Assembly (NCBI GenBank): GCA_963422645.2
Contig: CAXXVO010000014.1
Coordinates: 192,001-256,000 of the forward strand
Source of the DNA: Alphaproteobacteria bacterium
GTDB taxonomy: Bacteria > Pseudomonadota > Alphaproteobacteria > UBA828
Direction of reading: 5' to 3'
Length of the DNA stretch: 64,000 nt
Under the pieces are notes generated by a model. It saw only the letters and a program-made list of their open reading frames with translations, had not been told where the DNA came from and ran no database searches. The position numbers and the translations under genes were made by a program. This document shows, piece after piece, positions 1-10,263 of the stretch. Each line of letters opens with the position of its first letter. Positions within the stretch are counted from its first letter, which is position 1.

Positions 1-2
1 CG

Positions 3-152
3 TTGCTGGTGCCCGAGATGAACATGGGCCAGCTCACCACGGTGCTGCGCAGCCGCTATCTGGTGCCGGCGGTGAGCGTTCCCAAGGTCACCGGCAAGCC
101 CTTCAAGATCGTCGAGATCATGGACGCGATCCGCGCCCATTCGGAGGCATGA
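3..152 (+). CDS. korA: 2-oxoacid:ferredoxin oxidoreductase alpha subunit, C-terminal end (gene starts before window)
   Basis: Frame 3 reads LLVPEMNMGQL...KVTGKPFK...* (typical alpha-subunit C-terminus); stop lies 1 nt before the beta subunit. Confidence 0.85.
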   Translation: MLVPEMNMGQLTTVLRSRYLVPAVSVPKVTGKPFKIVEIMDAIRAHSEA

Positions 153-153
153 G

Positions 154-1185
154 ATGAACGATACGGTCGCGATCCCCGCGCTGACGCCGCAGGACTTCAC
201 CTCGGACCAGGAGGTTCGCTGGTGTCCGGGCTGTGGCGACTACGCCATCATCAAAGCGGTGCGCAAGGCGCTCGCCGACATCGGCACCGACACCAAGGAC
301 GTGGTGTTCGTCTCCGGCATCGGCTGTGCGGCGCGCTTCCCCTACTACATGGCGACCTACGGATTTCACACCATCCACGGCCGCGCGCCGGCGATCGCGA
401 CCGGGGTGAAGCTCGCCAATCCCGCTCTCGATGTCTGGGTGGTCTCGGGCGACGGCGACGGGCTCTCGATCGGCGGCAACCACACGCTGCACGCGCTGCG
501 CCGCAATGTCGATCTCAACATCCTGCTGTTCAACAACGAGATCTACGGCCTGACCAAGGGCCAGTACTCGCCGACTTCGCGCGAAGGCACGCGCTCGCCG
601 TCGACGCCGCTCGGCTCGGTCGACCATCCCTTGTCCGCGACCCGCTTTGCCCTCGGTGCCGGGGCGCGCTTCGTCGCCCGCGCGGTCGATACCGACCAGA
701 AGCGGCTCCCCGACATCCTCAAGGCGGCGCATGCGCACAAGGGCACCTCGTTCCTCGAGATCTTCCAGAACTGCATCGTCTACAACGACGGCGCGTTCGA
801 CGCCTTCGCCGAGCGCAAGAACGCGCCCGAGACGCAGATCTTCCTGGAGCACGGCAAGCCGCTGATCTTCGGCAGGGAGCGGGACCGCGGGCTCCGCCTC
901 GCGCCAGGCACCTTCTCGCTGGAGGTGGTGCCGCTGGGTGAGGGCGGTGTGGACGAGTCCGAACTCCTGGTTCACGACCAGACCAACCGGCCGCTCGCCG
1001 GCATCCTCGCGGAGATGGAGCCGCCGGACTTCCCCGTGGCGCTCGGCGTGCTCTTCTGCAGCCCGGAAGAGAGCTACGAGGCTGCCGTCTACGCGCAGAT
1101 CGAGGACGCCAAGGCGAAATCCAAGGCCGGCGGGATCGACGCGCTGCTGCGGAGCGGCCATACCTGGTCCGTAGAGGCGCGCTGA
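154..1185 (+). CDS. korB: 2-oxoacid:ferredoxin oxidoreductase beta subunit
   Basis: WCPGCGD, SGIGCAAR and GDGDGLSIGGNH TPP-binding motifs. Confidence 0.95.
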   Translation: MNDTVAIPALTPQDFTSDQEVRWCPGCGDYAIIKAVRKALADIGTDTKDVVFVSGIGCAARFPYYMATYGFHTIHGRAPAIATGVKLANPALDVWVVSGDGDGLSIGGNHTLHALRRNVDLNILLFNNEIYGLTKGQYSPTSREGTRSPSTPLGSVDHPLSATRFALGAGARFVARAVDTDQKRLPDILKAAHAHKGTSFLEIFQNCIVYNDGAFDAFAERKNAPETQIFLEHGKPLIFGRERDRGLRLAPGTFSLEVVPLGEGGVDESELLVHDQTNRPLAGILAEMEPPDFPVALGVLFCSPEESYEAAVYAQIEDAKAKSKAGGIDALLRSGHTWSVEAR

Positions 1186-1232
1186 TAGCGCTTCTCGCTG
1201 CGCCCACCACGCGTGCTTGAGGCCGCTCTGAG

Positions 1233-1955
1233 GTGGCAGTGATCGAGGCCCTGATCTTCGACATCTTCGGCACGGTGGTCGATTGGCGCACCGGCGTCGC
1301 CCGCGAGACCGAGGCGTTCTTTGCAGGATCGGACCAGACGGTCGATTCCATCGCCTTCGCCGATTCGTGGCGGGCCAAGTACCAGCCGTCGATGGAGGAA
1401 ATCCGCTCCGGACGGCGCGGCTACACGGTGCTCGACGTGCTTCATCGCGAGAATCTCGACGCGACGCTGGCGGAATTCGGGCTCGACGACGCCGTGGACG
1501 ACGAGGGCCGCGCGCGCCTCAACCGGGCCTGGGAGAAGCTCCCGCCGTGGCCGGATGTCGTGCCCGGCCTCGAGGCCCTGCGCAGCCGCTATCTGCTCGC
1601 ACCCTGCTCCAATGGCTCGATCGGGATGATGGCGCGGCTCGCGCGCTCCGCCGGGCTGCCCTGGGACGCCATCGTCGGCGCCGATATCGCGCAGGACTAC
1701 AAGCCGCAGGCGGCGGTCTACTGTGCCTCCGCCGCCGCGCTCGGCCTCGCGCCCGAGGCGGTGATGATGGTCGCCGCGCACAACTTCGATCTCAAGGCGG
1801 CGCGTGAAGCGGGTCTGGCGACAGCCTTCGTGCCGCGCCCCGACGAATACGGCGACGGCCCGGTCGGCACCCCCGATCTCGCCCCCAGCGACGACTGGGA
1901 GGCCGTGGTGCCCGACTTCACGGCCCTCGCCCGGCAGATGGGGGCGGCCGGGTAG
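1233..1955 (+). CDS. Haloacid dehalogenase type II (HAD superfamily)
   Basis: FDIFGTVVDW motif I, SNG, YKP, MMVAAHNFDL. Confidence 0.9.
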   Translation: MAVIEALIFDIFGTVVDWRTGVARETEAFFAGSDQTVDSIAFADSWRAKYQPSMEEIRSGRRGYTVLDVLHRENLDATLAEFGLDDAVDDEGRARLNRAWEKLPPWPDVVPGLEALRSRYLLAPCSNGSIGMMARLARSAGLPWDAIVGADIAQDYKPQAAVYCASAAALGLAPEAVMMVAAHNFDLKAAREAGLATAFVPRPDEYGDGPVGTPDLAPSDDWEAVVPDFTALARQMGAAG

Positions 1956-1960
1956 CGGCT

Positions 1961-2779
1961 CTAAGGCGAGGTTGGCGCCCCCGCTGCCGGCGGCGCAACG
2001 CCGTGGCGGGTCAGGAATTCGAGCACGTAGGTCGGCAGGCCGAACTCCGGGAGGTCGGCGTGGTCGGCTTCGGGGATGAACACGGCTTCCTTGGGCTCGC
2101 GTGCGCGTTTGTGGAGCTTGCGCGCGAGGCGCACGGGAATGGTCCGGTCGCGCTCGCCGTGCACGATCAGGACCGGCGCCGCGACCTTGCCGATCTTGGC
2201 GGCGGAATCGAAGCGGTCCACGACCAGGGGGCCGACCGGGAGCAGCGGGAAGCGGCCTGAGGCGATATCCACAATCGAGCTGAAGGGGGCTTCGAGCACC
2301 AGGGCAGCGGGCGTCGCTTCGCGGGCGAGATGGACTGCGACGCCGGTGCCGAGGGATTCGCCGTAGAGGACCTGGAGGTCATCGCCGCAGCCGCGGGCCC
2401 GCAAGAAGGCCCGCGCGGCCCGTCCGTCGGCATAGAGCCCGTCTTCGGTCGGCGTGCCGGGGTTGCCGCTGTAGCCGCGCCAGGTGGTGAGCAGGACGCC
2501 GAGCCCGGCATTGAGGTAGGCCCGCACCTTGAAGCCCCGCATGCCGATGTGGCCGGCGTTGCCGTGGAAATAGATCAGGCTCGGTGCGCCCTCGGCGCGG
2601 GGCGAGGCATACCAGGCGAGCAACGAGAGCCCGTCCTCGGTCTCCAGGGCAACGGGCGCGAGCTCGGGAACGCCCGAGTCGGCCGGAGTCGGCCGGGTCC
2701 GGTCGGGATAGTAGGTGAGCGAGCGCTGGAACGCTGCTACCGGACCGGGCGGCCCATGACGCCACAACCATCCGAGCAT
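1961..2779 (-). CDS. Alpha/beta hydrolase (BEM46/ABHD13-like)
   Basis: YFHGNAG, GESLG nucleophile elbow, HGERD. Confidence 0.85.
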   Translation of the reverse strand: MLGWLWRHGPPGPVAAFQRSLTYYPDRTRPTPADSGVPELAPVALETEDGLSLLAWYASPRAEGAPSLIYFHGNAGHIGMRGFKVRAYLNAGLGVLLTTWRGYSGNPGTPTEDGLYADGRAARAFLRARGCGDDLQVLYGESLGTGVAVHLAREATPAALVLEAPFSSIVDIASGRFPLLPVGPLVVDRFDSAAKIGKVAAPVLIVHGERDRTIPVRLARKLHKRAREPKEAVFIPEADHADLPEFGLPTYVLEFLTRHGVAPPAAGAPTSP

Positions 2780-2788
2780 CGTTTAACG

Positions 2789-2822
2789 AAAAGGACACCG
2801 GGCGTTGGCGGCCCGGTGCCCT
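2789..2822 (-). terminator. Intrinsic terminator downstream of the BI-1/YccA gene
   Basis: CACCGGGC..GCCCGGTG stem followed by a T run on the minus strand. Confidence 0.55.
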
Positions 2823-2844
2823 CCGTCCCTATCCGGCCGCGCCG

Positions 2845-3561
2845 CTATTCGCGTGCAGCGCCAAAGAGATGCATCAGCAGGATGAAGATGTTGATGAAAT
2901 TGAGGTAGAGCGAGAGCGCGCCCATCACCGACTTCTTCACCATGACCGCGTTGCCGTCGGTCTCGCGATAGACGTCCTTGATCCGCTGGGTGTCGTAGGC
3001 GGTGAGCCCGAGGAACACCAGCACGCCGATCACCGAGATCACGAAGTGCATCAGCTCCGACTGCAGGAAGATGTTCACCACCATCGCGATGATGACGCCG
3101 ATCAGGCCCATGAACAGGAACGAGCCCCAGGAGACCAGCGAGCGCTTGGTGGTGTAGCCGTAAAGGCTCATCGCGCCGAACATGCCCATGGTGATGAAGA
3201 ACACCCTGACGATGCTGGTCGCCGTGTAGGCCATGAAGATGTAGGAGAGCGAGGCCCCCATGAGGATCGAGAAGACCCAGAACAACCACTGTGCCGTGGT
3301 GTGCTTCATGGTCTGGATCTTCATCCCCAGGAAGAACACGATGCCGAGCGGTGCCAGCATGACCACGAAGCCGAGGCCCGAGCCGTAGAGCACGTTGAAG
3401 AGCCCGGTATTGGCGATCACGTAGGCCGTGAGGCCCGTGAGCGCCAGGCCCGAAGCCATGTAGTTGTAGACCCGGAGCATGTAGCTCCGGAGACCCTGGT
3501 CGATCTGCGTCTGAGTCAGAGTCGTGCCGGCGAAAGGCCGGCCTTGCGTCCCGAGTGCCAT
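2845..3561 (-). CDS. Bax inhibitor-1/YccA family membrane protein
   Basis: IDQGLRSYMLRVYNYM, YDTQRIK, GALSLYLNFINIF; multiple TM segments. Confidence 0.92.
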   Translation of the reverse strand: MALGTQGRPFAGTTLTQTQIDQGLRSYMLRVYNYMASGLALTGLTAYVIANTGLFNVLYGSGLGFVVMLAPLGIVFFLGMKIQTMKHTTAQWLFWVFSILMGASLSYIFMAYTATSIVRVFFITMGMFGAMSLYGYTTKRSLVSWGSFLFMGLIGVIIAMVVNIFLQSELMHFVISVIGVLVFLGLTAYDTQRIKDVYRETDGNAVMVKKSVMGALSLYLNFINIFILLMHLFGAARE

Positions 3562-3681
3562 CGAAGCGTCCTCTAGTGCGACAAAGTGTCGGATTCGAAT
3601 ACTATATTAGGAAGCCCGACGCTCACTTTCAACGCCTGGGCGAATTACCATTTCTCCAGTCACGAGCCTGCAAGCGGCCGG

Positions 3682-4446
3682 TCAGGTCGCCGGCGGGGGG
3701 CCACCTGCCGCTCCGAGCGGGGGCACCGGCGTATTGAGCTTGCGGTAGGCGACCGAGACCACGGCCACCGGGATGCTGACGGTGAGGAAGGTGAGCGCGT
3801 TGAAGAACGACACCATGGCGCCGGGGCCGAAGGTGGCGAGAATCAACGAGCCCAGCACGCCGCCGAGCAGGAAGAGCAAGACGGTAATCGCCACGAAGGA
3901 GAGCAGGATCGCGCCCACGAGCTGTAGCGTGGCGCCGCGCAGCATGCGCCGGGAGGCGAGGAGCCCCTGGTAGTTGTCGACCGCCGTCGCCGGAAAGGCC
4001 AGCGCGAAGGGTGCGGCGACGAAGAGCGTGATCAGCAGCAGCACCAGGACCAGCATCAGGTCCTGCGCCTGCATCGCCACCAGGACGATCTCCTGCGGCA
4101 GCAGGAAGAGCATGAGACGGCCGAAATACTTTAGGTCCCGAATGCCGGGCCAGAACTGGATCGGCACGGCTGTATCGCGCGTCCCCAGCAGCAGGTAGCG
4201 GTGCCAGGCCACCGCGAACACCGCGAGCAGGAGGAGCCGGGCGAGCGCGTGGATGACGAGTTGCTCTTCGGAGGCCATGCTCTCGAGGTCGAGCCGCATG
4301 ACCGCCGGCAGCAGCACCGCCAGCACCATCGGCGCCAGCGCAAGCCCTAGCATGGTACGGAAGTTGCGGAAGGTGAGGCGGAAGGCCTCACCCACCGTTT
4401 CGTACACCCTGAGCCTCGGTGGCGAGGGGGCTCCGTGGCCGTACAT
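3682..4446 (-). CDS. Hypothetical multi-pass membrane protein
   Basis: About 6 hydrophobic segments, AVAWHRYLLLG motif; abuts the permease stop. Confidence 0.7.
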   Translation of the reverse strand: MYGHGAPSPPRLRVYETVGEAFRLTFRNFRTMLGLALAPMVLAVLLPAVMRLDLESMASEEQLVIHALARLLLLAVFAVAWHRYLLLGTRDTAVPIQFWPGIRDLKYFGRLMLFLLPQEIVLVAMQAQDLMLVLVLLLITLFVAAPFALAFPATAVDNYQGLLASRRMLRGATLQLVGAILLSFVAITVLLFLLGGVLGSLILATFGPGAMVSFFNALTFLTVSIPVAVVSVAYRKLNTPVPPLGAAGGPPPAT

Positions 4447-6969
4447 CTATTCCACTCGCAGGAGGGGCGCAGCCTTGCGGCCGAGCGCGCGCCATGTGCT
4501 CGCGAATCCGAGAACGAGCGTCATGGTTATACAGGCTGCGGCGGTCACGGCCACATATTCGGGCAGGAAGCGCCATTGCAGGTCGAGCACTTGGGTCACG
4601 AAGGCCCAGGCGGCCAGCGTGCCGATGCCGATGGCGAGCCCGGCGATGGCGCAGCCGAGCAGGATGTGCTCGGCGAGGAAGGCGCGCAGCAAATCCCCCC
4701 GGCGAGCGCCCAGCACCTTGAAGACGACGGCGTCGTGGACCCGCCGCTCGTGGCCGGCGGCGGTCGCGCCCGCCAGCACAAGCAGGCCTGCGGCCACCGT
4801 CAATCCGGCCACCGCCTGAATCGCTGCGCCGATGCGTCCCATGAGCTCGTCCAAGGCCTCGATGATCGCGCGTATGGGGATCGCCGTGATGTTGGCGAAG
4901 CGCTCCGTCACCGCGCGCTCGAGCACGGGTTCCGCCTCCGGTGTCGCGTGCGCGGTGGCGAGCTGCGTCTGCGGCGCTCCCTCCAGGACCCCGGGCGAGA
5001 ATATCACGACGAAGTTGATATCGAAGGCCGTCCAGTCGACTTGGCGCAGACTCGCGACCTCGGCCGTGAACTCGCGCCCGAGCACGTTGATCGAGAGGGT
5101 GTCCCCGAGCTCCAGCCCGAAATCGATCGCCTCCTCTTCCGAGAGCGAGACCAGCGGCGGCCCGTCGTAGTCGGCGGGCCACCATTTCCCGGCCGTGATC
5201 TCCGCATTGGGCGGCGGATCGGCGGCGTAGCTGAGGCCGATATCGCTCTGCATCACCCATTCCGAGCCCGGCGCGACCTTGGCCTCCCGCACCGGGACGC
5301 CATCGATGCGGACGACGCGGCCGCGCAGCATCGGCACCCGGCGGCCATGGTCGACGCCCGCCGTCTCTTCGAGCAGCCGCTCGAAGGGGGCGATCTGCTG
5401 CTTCTGGATATCGAGGAAGAAGAACGCCGGCCGCTCGTCGTTGCGCTGCTCGCTGATCATCGCGCCGAGATTGCCCTCGACCAGCGCAATCGAGACCAGG
5501 ACCGCGAGGCCGGTACCCAAGGACATCGCGACCGGGACCGTGGGCGCCCCCGGCCGCGCGAGATTGGCGAAGCCCAGCCTGAGCGCAGGGAGCCGCCGCG
5601 GGCGCGTGCGCCGCGCCAGGACGACCACCAGGGCGGCTGCGGCCCTGAAGATCGCAAGCGCCACCGGCGCGCCCAGGACGAACCCTAGTGCGATGCTCAT
5701 GCGCGGCGCGGTGCCGACGGCGATGCCGGCAAGCGCCAGCGCGGCCAGCGCCGTGCCCGCGATCGCCGTCAGCGGCGGCCAGCCCGAGGCCGGCGAGGCT
5801 GCGCCGCGAAAGAGCACGCCCGGACGGGTCCGGGCGGCGCGCCCCAGGGGCCAAAGCGAAAAGGCGAGCATGGTAAGCGCGCCATAGACCGCTGCGAGGG
5901 CGAGCGGCGCCCCGTGGATCACGCCCGCCAGCGGCACCGGCAGCGTGTCGCCGAAGAGAGCGGAGAGGACGGGCGGCACCGCAGCGCCGAGGACCAGCCC
6001 CGCCGCGATGGCCCCGAGCCCCAGCATGCCTAACTGCAGCAGGAAGGCGCGTTGCACGGTGGCTTGCGTCGCGCCGACGCACTTGAGTGCCGCGATGGTG
6101 TGCAGCTTGCCGTGCAGATGGCTTGAGACGGCGCTGGCGACGCCGATGCCGCCGACCAGAAGGGCGGCGAGCCCAGCGAGTGTGAGGAAGAGCCCGACCC
6201 GGTCGAGCTGGCGCCTGAGGGAGGGGTTGGCGTCGCGGGTGTCCCGCAGCCGCCAGACCGCGTCGGGAAACGCCGTCTCAAGGCCCGCCACCCATCCCGC
6301 GATAGCCGCGCCCTCGGGCACGAGCGCGCGGTAGCGGTGCCGCACCAGGGTGCCCGGCTGGACCAATTGCGTCTCTTGCAGCGACGCATGATCCATCATC
6401 AGGCGGGGACCGAGCGCGATGCCGCCGGTGAGCCGGTCGGGCTCGCGCACGAGCACCCCCCGCACCGTCAGGAGCGCCGCGCCGATCCGGATCCTGTCGC
6501 CGATGCCGACGCCGAGGCGGTCGAGCAATCCCTTCTCGACCGCGGCCCCGCCGCTGGCGAGCGCGTCGGCAAGCTGCGTGCCGTCCTCCAGGCGCGCGCG
6601 ATCGACCAGCGGATAGGCACCGTCCACCGCCTTGAGCTCGACCAGCGAGCGGTGCGCGCCGTCCTCGTCGCGGGCCATGCTGCGCATGGTGACGACATGC
6701 GAGAGCGCGACGGTGTTCGCCTCGAGGTAGGTCATCGCCTCCTGGGCGAGGGGCTGCGAGAACTGGACCAGCTCGACGTCGCCGCCGAGGATCATGCGGG
6801 CGTCGCGGGCGAGCCCGGCCTTGAGCGCCTCGCCGAGCGAGCCGACGGCGGCGGTAATGCCGACGCCCAGGATCAGGCAGGCGAGGAAGACGCGGAAGCC
6901 GCGCACGCCGCCGCGCAGCTCGCGCCGGGCAATGCGCCACGAGGCCGGCGCCTTACGAGCAAACACCAT
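4447..6969 (-). CDS. ybbP: ABC transporter permease (YbbP/FtsX-like)
   Basis: WRIARRELRGG, ILGGDV, FFFLDIQ; duplicated FtsX architecture; adjacent ATPase. Confidence 0.88.
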   Translation of the reverse strand: MVFARKAPASWRIARRELRGGVRGFRVFLACLILGVGITAAVGSLGEALKAGLARDARMILGGDVELVQFSQPLAQEAMTYLEANTVALSHVVTMRSMARDEDGAHRSLVELKAVDGAYPLVDRARLEDGTQLADALASGGAAVEKGLLDRLGVGIGDRIRIGAALLTVRGVLVREPDRLTGGIALGPRLMMDHASLQETQLVQPGTLVRHRYRALVPEGAAIAGWVAGLETAFPDAVWRLRDTRDANPSLRRQLDRVGLFLTLAGLAALLVGGIGVASAVSSHLHGKLHTIAALKCVGATQATVQRAFLLQLGMLGLGAIAAGLVLGAAVPPVLSALFGDTLPVPLAGVIHGAPLALAAVYGALTMLAFSLWPLGRAARTRPGVLFRGAASPASGWPPLTAIAGTALAALALAGIAVGTAPRMSIALGFVLGAPVALAIFRAAAALVVVLARRTRPRRLPALRLGFANLARPGAPTVPVAMSLGTGLAVLVSIALVEGNLGAMISEQRNDERPAFFFLDIQKQQIAPFERLLEETAGVDHGRRVPMLRGRVVRIDGVPVREAKVAPGSEWVMQSDIGLSYAADPPPNAEITAGKWWPADYDGPPLVSLSEEEAIDFGLELGDTLSINVLGREFTAEVASLRQVDWTAFDINFVVIFSPGVLEGAPQTQLATAHATPEAEPVLERAVTERFANITAIPIRAIIEALDELMGRIGAAIQAVAGLTVAAGLLVLAGATAAGHERRVHDAVVFKVLGARRGDLLRAFLAEHILLGCAIAGLAIGIGTLAAWAFVTQVLDLQWRFLPEYVAVTAAACITMTLVLGFASTWRALGRKAAPLLRVE

Positions 6970-6975
6970 CGGGAC

Positions 6976-7659
6976 TCAAAGCTCGGCGGGCGCCACGATC
7001 CGCCCGTCCGCGATATGCACCATGCGGTCGCAGCGCGCGGCGAGCTCGTGGTCGTGGGTGACCAGGATCAGCGTCGAGCCTCCCACGGCCCGCATTCGAA
7101 AGAGCTCGCCCATCACCGCGCCACCGGTCTCGCCGTCCAGGTTGCCTGTGGGCTCGTCGGCGAGCAGCACGTCGGGTTGCGGCACGAAGGCCCGGGCGAG
7201 CGCCACCCGTTGCTGCTCGCCGCCGGAAAGCTGGCTCGGGTAGTGCTGCAGGCGCTCGCCCAGGCCGACGCTCTCCAGCGCCTCCTGCGCTGCACCGAAG
7301 GGGTCGCCGTGGGTGCCGAGCTCCAGGGGAAGGGCGACGTTCTCCAACGCCGTCATGGTCGGGATCAGGTGGAAGGCCTGGAACACGATGCCGACGGCGT
7401 TGCGCCTGAAGGCGGCCAGCGCGCTCTCGCCCAGGCCGCTGATATCGGTGCCGCTCACGACGACGCGGCCCTGGTCCGCCTGCTCCAGGCCAGAGATGAT
7501 CGCGAGCAGGGTCGATTTGCCCGCGCCCGACGGCCCGAGCACGGCGATGCTCTCGCCCCGTTCGGCGGTGAACGACACGCCCCGTAGGATGTTGACGGGA
7601 CCGGCCTTGCTGGTCAGGGTGAGGTGCACGTCATCCAGCACCACCGCCGGCTCGCTCAT
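6976..7659 (-). CDS. ybbA: ABC transporter ATP-binding protein
   Basis: GPSGAGKS, LSGGEQQRV, ADEPTGNLD; divergent from tesA as in the known ybbAP-tesA arrangement. Confidence 0.9.
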   Translation of the reverse strand: MSEPAVVLDDVHLTLTSKAGPVNILRGVSFTAERGESIAVLGPSGAGKSTLLAIISGLEQADQGRVVVSGTDISGLGESALAAFRRNAVGIVFQAFHLIPTMTALENVALPLELGTHGDPFGAAQEALESVGLGERLQHYPSQLSGGEQQRVALARAFVPQPDVLLADEPTGNLDGETGGAVMGELFRMRAVGGSTLILVTHDHELAARCDRMVHIADGRIVAPAEL

Positions 7660-8317
7660 GTCATCCCGCCGCTCCCCCGGCCGCGTCGCAACGTGGATCG
7701 GAGCCGCCCTGTGCGCCTGGCTCCTGCTTCTTGGCCCGCTGCCCGGCGCCGCCGAGGAGCCCCGAATTGCCGTGCTCGGCGACAGCCTGACCGCCGGGTT
7801 CGGGCTGCCGCAAGAGGACGCCTTCCCGGCGCGTCTGGAGGCCGCGCTCAGGGCCGAGGGTCACGCCTGGCGGGTGATCGACGCCGGAGTCTCCGGCGAT
7901 ACCAGCGCCGGCGGACTGGCGCGGCTCGACTGGGTGCTCGCGGATGAGCCGGAGATCGTGATTGTCGAGCTCGGCGCCAACGACGGCCTGCGCGGGCTGC
8001 CGACGGACCGGATGGAGGTCAATCTCGACGGGATTCTGACGCGAATCCTCAAGTCCGGATCGACCGTATTGCTCGCCGGCATGCGGGCGCCGGCCAACTT
8101 CGGCCCCGACTACGAAGCCGCGTTCCGCGCGGTCTATGAGCGCCTCGCCGTCAGGCATGGGGTCGCGTTCTATCCCTTCTTCCTGGAGGGGGTGGCCATG
8201 GAGCCCGATCTCAACCAGTCGGACGGTATCCATCCCAACGCCGACGGGGTCGCCGAGATCGTGCGGCGCATAGTGCCACATGTGGTGGCCGTCATCGCCG
8301 GGCACAAGGGCGGCTGA
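7658..8317 (+). CDS. tesA: Arylesterase/acyl-CoA thioesterase I (SGNH family)
   Basis: GDSLTAG, GVSGDT, ELGANDGLRG, DGIHPN; signal peptide; start overlaps the ybbA start. Confidence 0.9.
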   Translation: MSSRRSPGRVATWIGAALCAWLLLLGPLPGAAEEPRIAVLGDSLTAGFGLPQEDAFPARLEAALRAEGHAWRVIDAGVSGDTSAGGLARLDWVLADEPEIVIVELGANDGLRGLPTDRMEVNLDGILTRILKSGSTVLLAGMRAPANFGPDYEAAFRAVYERLAVRHGVAFYPFFLEGVAMEPDLNQSDGIHPNADGVAEIVRRIVPHVVAVIAGHKGG

Positions 8318-8341
8318 GGGGCAAGGGAGGAGGGCGGCCCG

Positions 8342-8908
8342 ATGACCCGCCTCTTCGTCGCGCTTTCGCTGCCGGAGGACGTGCGCCGCCGGCTGGAGAT
8401 GCTGCAGGGCGGCCTGCCGGGCGCGCGCTGGCAGAGCGCGGAGCAGATGCACCTCTCGCTGCGCTTTATCGGAGAGGTCGATGGCACCGCCTTCGCCGAG
8501 ATCATGGACGCGCTCGCGAACATCGAAGCGGACGCCTTCTCCCTCACGCTCGAGGGCGTGGGCCACTTTCCGAAGCGCGGGCGGGTGCGAATCCTGTGGG
8601 CCGGAGTGGCTCCCAACCCCGCGCTCATGCGCCTGCGCGAGCGCGCCGAGGCCGCCATCACCGGCCTCGGCTTCGAGCCCGACGGCCGCAACTATGCACC
8701 GCACGTCACCCTCGCGCGCTTCGCTTCGCGGGTGCCTGCGCACCGGCTTCAGGAGTTCATTTCCTATCACGGGCCGTTCAGCAGCGGGCCGTTTGAAGTG
8801 CGCTCGTTCGAGCTTTATTCGAGCCACCTCGGCGCGGGCGGCGCGCACTACACGGTGGAGGCGAGCTATCCGCTCTTGGCCGCACCGCCGCCGGATGCGG
8901 ATGCATAG
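8342..8908 (+). CDS. thpR: RNA 2',3'-cyclic phosphodiesterase (2H family)
   Basis: RLFVAL, HLSL and PHVTLAR motifs. Confidence 0.9.
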   Translation: MTRLFVALSLPEDVRRRLEMLQGGLPGARWQSAEQMHLSLRFIGEVDGTAFAEIMDALANIEADAFSLTLEGVGHFPKRGRVRILWAGVAPNPALMRLRERAEAAITGLGFEPDGRNYAPHVTLARFASRVPAHRLQEFISYHGPFSSGPFEVRSFELYSSHLGAGGAHYTVEASYPLLAAPPPDADA

Positions 8909-8938
8909 CAGGCCGGGTGGGGATTCGCACATCCCGTC

Positions 8939-9337
8939 TCATTCGGCTTCCTCGATGTGCTCCATGTCCTCGTCCGAGAGGCCGAAGTGGTGGCCGATCT
9001 CGTGGATCAGCACGTGGCGGACGACCTCCTCCAGGCTGTTGCCGGTCTCGACCCAGTAGTCGAGGAGCGGGCGGCGGTAGAGGAAGATCATGTCGACATC
9101 CTCGCGGATGTCGTGGACCCCGCTCTGGTCGAGGGAGACGCCCTGATAGAGGCCGAGCAGCTCGTAGGGGCTCTCCAGCTCCATCTCCTCCTGCACCTCA
9201 TCGCTGGGAAAGTCCACGACCTGGATCATCACCGGGTCGACCTTATCGCGCAGGAACGCGGGAATGCGGCGGTACTCGTGGTCCGCGATCTGCTCGATGT
9301 CCGCCGCGCGCGGAGCCTGGGAGTTTCGTTCGCTCAT
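8939..9337 (-). CDS. Zincin-like metallopeptidase family protein
   Basis: LLGLYQG, VLIHEIGHHFG (HExxH). Confidence 0.88.
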   Translation of the reverse strand: MSERNSQAPRAADIEQIADHEYRRIPAFLRDKVDPVMIQVVDFPSDEVQEEMELESPYELLGLYQGVSLDQSGVHDIREDVDMIFLYRRPLLDYWVETGNSLEEVVRHVLIHEIGHHFGLSDEDMEHIEEAE

Positions 9338-9432
9338 GGCGGCAAGCCTAAAGCCAATGCGGCCTTAGAGAAATCGTGCGGGGCGCTATACTGCGCCGCT
9401 TCGTGAGATTCAGGCTGAGGGAGGCCGGTAGG

Positions 9433-10263
9433 GTGAGCAACAGAGAGGCGTTGCTGCAGGGGCTCTGCGAGCAGGCGCTGCAGATCCGGCGCAACACGTG
9501 GCGGGCGCTGCGTGCGGCGGGCTCCGGCCACATGGGGGGCTCGCTCTCTGCGGCCGACCTGCTGGCCGCGCTCTACTTCCACTACCTCAGGCTGCGACCC
9601 GACGAGCCCGATTGGCCCGAGCGTGATCGCTTCGTGCTGTCCAAGGGGCACGCCAACACCGCGCTCGGCGCGGTGCTGGCCCAGGCCGGCTTCGTCGAGG
9701 ACAGCTTTGTCGACAGCTTCTACGGCTTCGAATCGCTCTTCGGCATGCATCCGGACATCAAGGTGCCGGGCGTCGAGATGTCCACCGGCGGCCTCGGCCA
9801 CGGCCTCTCCGTCGGGCTCGGCATGGCGCTCGGCGCCAGGCTGCAGCGGAACGGTGCGCGCACCGTGGTGATGCTGGGCGACGGCGAGCTGCAGGAGGGC
9901 TCGAACTGGGAGGCGGCGATGGCCGCAGCCCACCTCGCGCCGCTCTCGCTCACCGCCATCGTCGACTACAACAAGGTGCAGCAGAGCGGCCATGTCGCCG
10001 AGATGCTGGGGCTGGAGCCGCTCGCCGACAAGTGGCGCGCCTTCGGCTGGTCCGTTCGCGAGTGCGACGGGCACGACATGGAATCGATCGTCGATGCCCT
10101 GGATGCGCTGCCCGCGGCGCCCGACAGGCCCTCGCTGCTCATCGCCCACACCGTGAAGGGCAAGGGCGCGAGCTTCGCCGAGGATACGTACCTCTGGCAC
10201 AACAACGCGGTGAGCGACGAGGTCTACGAGAAGGCCATGGCCGAGCTGGGAGAGCCCGCATGA
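9433..10263 (+). CDS. Transketolase N-terminal subunit
   Basis: SGHMGGSLS, DRFVLSKGH, GDGELQEG; GTG start at 9433 inferred. Confidence 0.9.
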   Translation: MSNREALLQGLCEQALQIRRNTWRALRAAGSGHMGGSLSAADLLAALYFHYLRLRPDEPDWPERDRFVLSKGHANTALGAVLAQAGFVEDSFVDSFYGFESLFGMHPDIKVPGVEMSTGGLGHGLSVGLGMALGARLQRNGARTVVMLGDGELQEGSNWEAAMAAAHLAPLSLTAIVDYNKVQQSGHVAEMLGLEPLADKWRAFGWSVRECDGHDMESIVDALDALPAAPDRPSLLIAHTVKGKGASFAEDTYLWHNNAVSDEVYEKAMAELGEPA